DNA of 64,000 nt from Lepidodermella squamata (taxonomy: Eukaryota > Animalia > Gastrotricha). Shown piece after piece: positions 60,742 through 64,000 of this stretch. The stretch lies in the NCBI GenBank assembly GCA_047495785.1, contig JBLDXI010000019.1, positions 434,001-498,000 on the forward strand, in the 5' to 3' direction. Every line of letters begins with the position of its first letter. The stretch's first letter is position 1. The position numbers and the translations under genes were made by a program. The notes beneath the pieces were generated by a model. The model saw only the letters and a program-made list of their open reading frames with translations, was not told the DNA's origin and searched no databases.

Positions 60742-63450
60742 CTATTTTCTTTGTCTAATTGATTGTCTTGGAGATCGTTCGAGGAGCTGGTAAAAAAGAA
60801 TGAATGGCAGTAAGGATTATTAGGAAGGCAGTTGTAAGAACCTGGCGTTACCTTGACGACAAACTGCGACAGCGAGTTAGTCAAGCCGATCGCAATTGAG
60901 ACGGTAGAAAACGTGATCATGCTTTGATTTGAGTTGAGCTGAAAAATCGCACCACCGACGAGCACTGCAAACAGGACTAGGGATGCAACGTATATCAGCG
61001 AAAACGTGGATTGAACTACATCGGCTGATTTCAGCAATGAGTTTTTTCCGGCGCTTTTGTGAGCCTGTAAAAAAAAGAAAAAAATTCGAGGTACTCGTCA
61101 AATGATGGAAACCAATAATAGCGCACGGTTGATAGTGATCCACAGAGAAACATGCCGCGAATCAGCATTAAAACCTGGATCGAAGCAATTGTTAGTATCA
61201 AGATTTGTCCACTGTTCGAGTCTCCTGAAGCTTTGCATTTGCGAACAATTTCGACAAACTTTACGCTGATGTCGTAATCTGCTGTTTTAACCCTGACTGT
61301 CTCATCGACGGATTCATTGAGATCGATTATTTGCCAGGTAAGCACAGCGATGAGGGCGGCGCTTATCCATAGGAATTTGAGCCTTGAAAGTCTTTTCTTG
61401 CGTAACATCGATATCGCAGCCATCATTTCGACCCTCAGCACGATTGCAGTAGCTATGAGACACAAACCAAAAGCCATAAACGCCTGATTGATCGAGCAAG
61501 ATATAGCAAAGTTTTGATTAATGGATCCTGGAAGTGCTAATACGCTAGCGGTAAGTATTATCTGGCCTGCAATTAGCTTGTATTCCTCCTTGCGATTCTC
61601 CGACTTCCAAAATTGATACAAATTTGCAACAATTACTGAACCCGACAACACTGGAGAGGATACATTGAGTTCGGAATTCCTGATAGATTAACGGCTTACC
61701 TGTGAGAGTAATGTAGGTAGGTAAATTGATAACCGGCTCGATCACCGCCATACTTCTAATTGAGTCAAGCGGCGGCTCACCATCATAAGTCGCCCATTTG
61801 GCGAAACCGGTCGCAACAAGTGGCCCTTCCCCTCTAGCCACAAAAATGTTGACAGGTCGCCACCCGAAAGCGGCCGGCATTGGACCATCAAATTTCGAAT
61901 CTTGAACCTGGTAGACACTTCTCGGTAGAATTCCGAATCGATTTCCGCCGATCGATCTGTCAAGCATAAACTTCCCGCCAAGCGTTTCGAGTTTAAGTTG
62001 ATGTATCGCTTCTGTCATTATATTTCTTAGAAATTCGCCGTCATTTTGAAACTTTGTTCCCATAACCTTCCAGTTGCTTAGTGAATCATTTCCTTGAAAA
62101 AAAGAAGTGATTCATGATTCATGTCATTAAGCTGGATATGCATACTCAAGGTAACTAGATATGATTCAATGCGATCCAACCAGAACGCTGCCACGGTAAC
62201 CATGTCGTAGCAAACAAGACGCCAATATAGGAAAGGAGATGTCAGCTCTGGTGATTCAATTCGTTCGCTCAGATAAGCATGAAGTCCAGAACCGCTGTTT
62301 CCGACAGCGTCATGGTATTCTTCCGAGCTAGTATCAACTTGCGATGAAGTTCCGTAAAACAGCATACTCTGCCTCACCGAGCTCAGCATTTCAGGCGTGC
62401 ACCAACTGAATCGAAGAGGGTCATTAGGGAGGAAGTAGTTGAAGTTCAGGACAAGAAATGCGTAACCTGGGCCGTAAAGGTTGAACCGATACAGCATGCA
62501 GGCCAGTTTCGAGATGAAGTTCGTATTAACTAAAATGACTCGAGCATTCATATTTCTGATCTCCTCAACGGCTAATCCCATGTCGATTTCATTGGCAACC
62601 ACGCCTGGAGCTCTCGGGACTTTCGCTATCCCGATTACTGTTATGTTATTCATTGCCATCTCATGCTGGAGACTCGTTTCTCCCTAAGGGATAACATTTC
62701 AACCTTATGAGAAGAATTTTAAGAAATTCATACCGCATTCCACGAGCTTGTTCCTTCTGACAGAAAAGCTATTTTACTCCACCCAAGTTTCTTGCACGTT
62801 TCAACAATAAGCCCAGTGGCGTTGAATAGATTTGAGGTTAAAATATAAAGACCTCTGTAGCGCGTTCGTTCAAGGTAGACAGGCCAGCTACTTGCAGTAT
62901 ACGTCACCTTGAAATAAATAAAAATAGAAGAGACGAAATTTCAAAATTTAAGTTTAATACCCCGACGTAGTTGTAGTGCTGTAGTGTCATTCCAGTCTGA
63001 ACATGTCCAATACATGGGCTCATCAAAAACATCGGAAATCTGTCGGTCGGCGGATTGGCTATCGCATTCATGTATCGACGGACATGTAGAGGTTGAGAGC
63101 ACTAAATATGTAGCAAGTAAATACCATCAAGTACGGATTCAGAAGCTGATTCTTACTTCATCATCGATGACTTCTATCTCGATGTCATATTTCGGCAGTA
63201 AATCTGCCTTTCTGTTGATGCCATTCAAGGCGAATCTTATCGCCTCGGTGCAAACATGACTGACCGGGAAAAGGGATCCGCCGAGTGTCATCATGAAAGG
63301 AATGCTGAGCTTCGTTTTGTTACCATTGGCTGCATCGGCCCTAACTGTAACTGGCAAAGGACTGGTCAAGTTTAGCTTCCCGTTCGTTACTCCTTCCTGA
63401 AAGCATAAGAAGACTAGGCAGCTTAGTAAAGCGAGGTGAAAAGACATCAT
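60742..63450 (-). CDS. Class C GPCR, GABA-B receptor-like (Venus flytrap + 7TM), multi-exon
   Basis: Signal peptide; FALNGINRKADLLPKYDI, ARVILVN, LYGPGYAF and ATYDGEPPLD; TM helices follow with no cysteine-rich domain; last intron 60787-60851 gives a stop at 60742. Confidence 0.8.
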
Positions 63451-64000
63451 TTGCGAACTCGGTATAATTTACACCATGGCTACCCCTTATACAACTGATA
63501 TTTCAGCACAAATTAGCAAGGTCGTCTCATCTGCGTTCTCTGACGGATCTCTAATGATGATGTCAGTACATAGCACGTGGATCTAAGATTATGTCTGTAT
63601 TGCGAGAATAAGTTTCATTTTCCGTTAATTTCAGACGTGGTTTTCGTTATTGAATCCGAATTTACTAATTTTATCCCGGTTCAAAGCCATCACCAAAGTT
63701 TGAATATGAAGTAAAGCGTATATGGATTTTTATGCAGACAATTACGTGACTGAGCTCACGCTTTGTGCTGTCTTTGTTTTATCAGCTTACAGATAACTAA
63801 CACCGTTCATTTTCGCAATGCTTTATTCTTTATTCGCAATTTGACTATTTTTTTAAATGAGCAAAACCAGTGAAATGTCTCACCAGCAAGGAAAACTAGC
63901 CTGTCTGTACTTCATACGGTCAAGCCGGGATGACGCGACCGACCTAGCAGCACTGGCTCGACTCGAGCTCGACTGCGCTCAAGGCACGGATTTGAAATTC

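Noticed and set aside
1-64000. tRNA, rRNA, snRNA or SL RNA genes
   Set aside because: None recognisable by eye; a covariance-model search (tRNAscan-SE, Infernal/Rfam) would be needed to exclude them

Overview
Eukaryotic, gene-dense invertebrate animal DNA, AT-rich, with short GT-AG introns of about 50-65 nt. The species cannot be named from sequence alone. The left third (1-19 kb) is a TE-rich tandem array of small CD225/dispanin-like membrane-protein genes. It also holds an intronless Cys-loop channel, three LINE fragments and several MITEs (Sola-, hAT-, piggyBac-, Merlin/MULE- and Tc1-like). The middle has a tightly packed minus-strand run (GH38 alpha-mannosidase, inositol 2-dehydrogenase-like, DHDH, ankyrin), more dispanin-like genes, a Rab, and a secreted cellulase. 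The cellulase joins two fungal-type CBM1 modules to a bacterial-type GH9 domain and carries one spliceosomal intron. The right part has intronless ankyrin genes around an intronless cathepsin D, and five tandem divergent Rab loci, one probably a two-GTPase-domain fusion. It ends with three tandem divergent nuclear receptors and a GABA-B-like class C GPCR. The main points of interest are the chimeric, probably horizontally acquired cellulase, the tandem double-Rab, Rab paralogues with activating-type substitutions, the dispanin-like expansion, and hints of operon or trans-splicing organisation. Gene models were spliced by hand and need RNA-seq confirmation.
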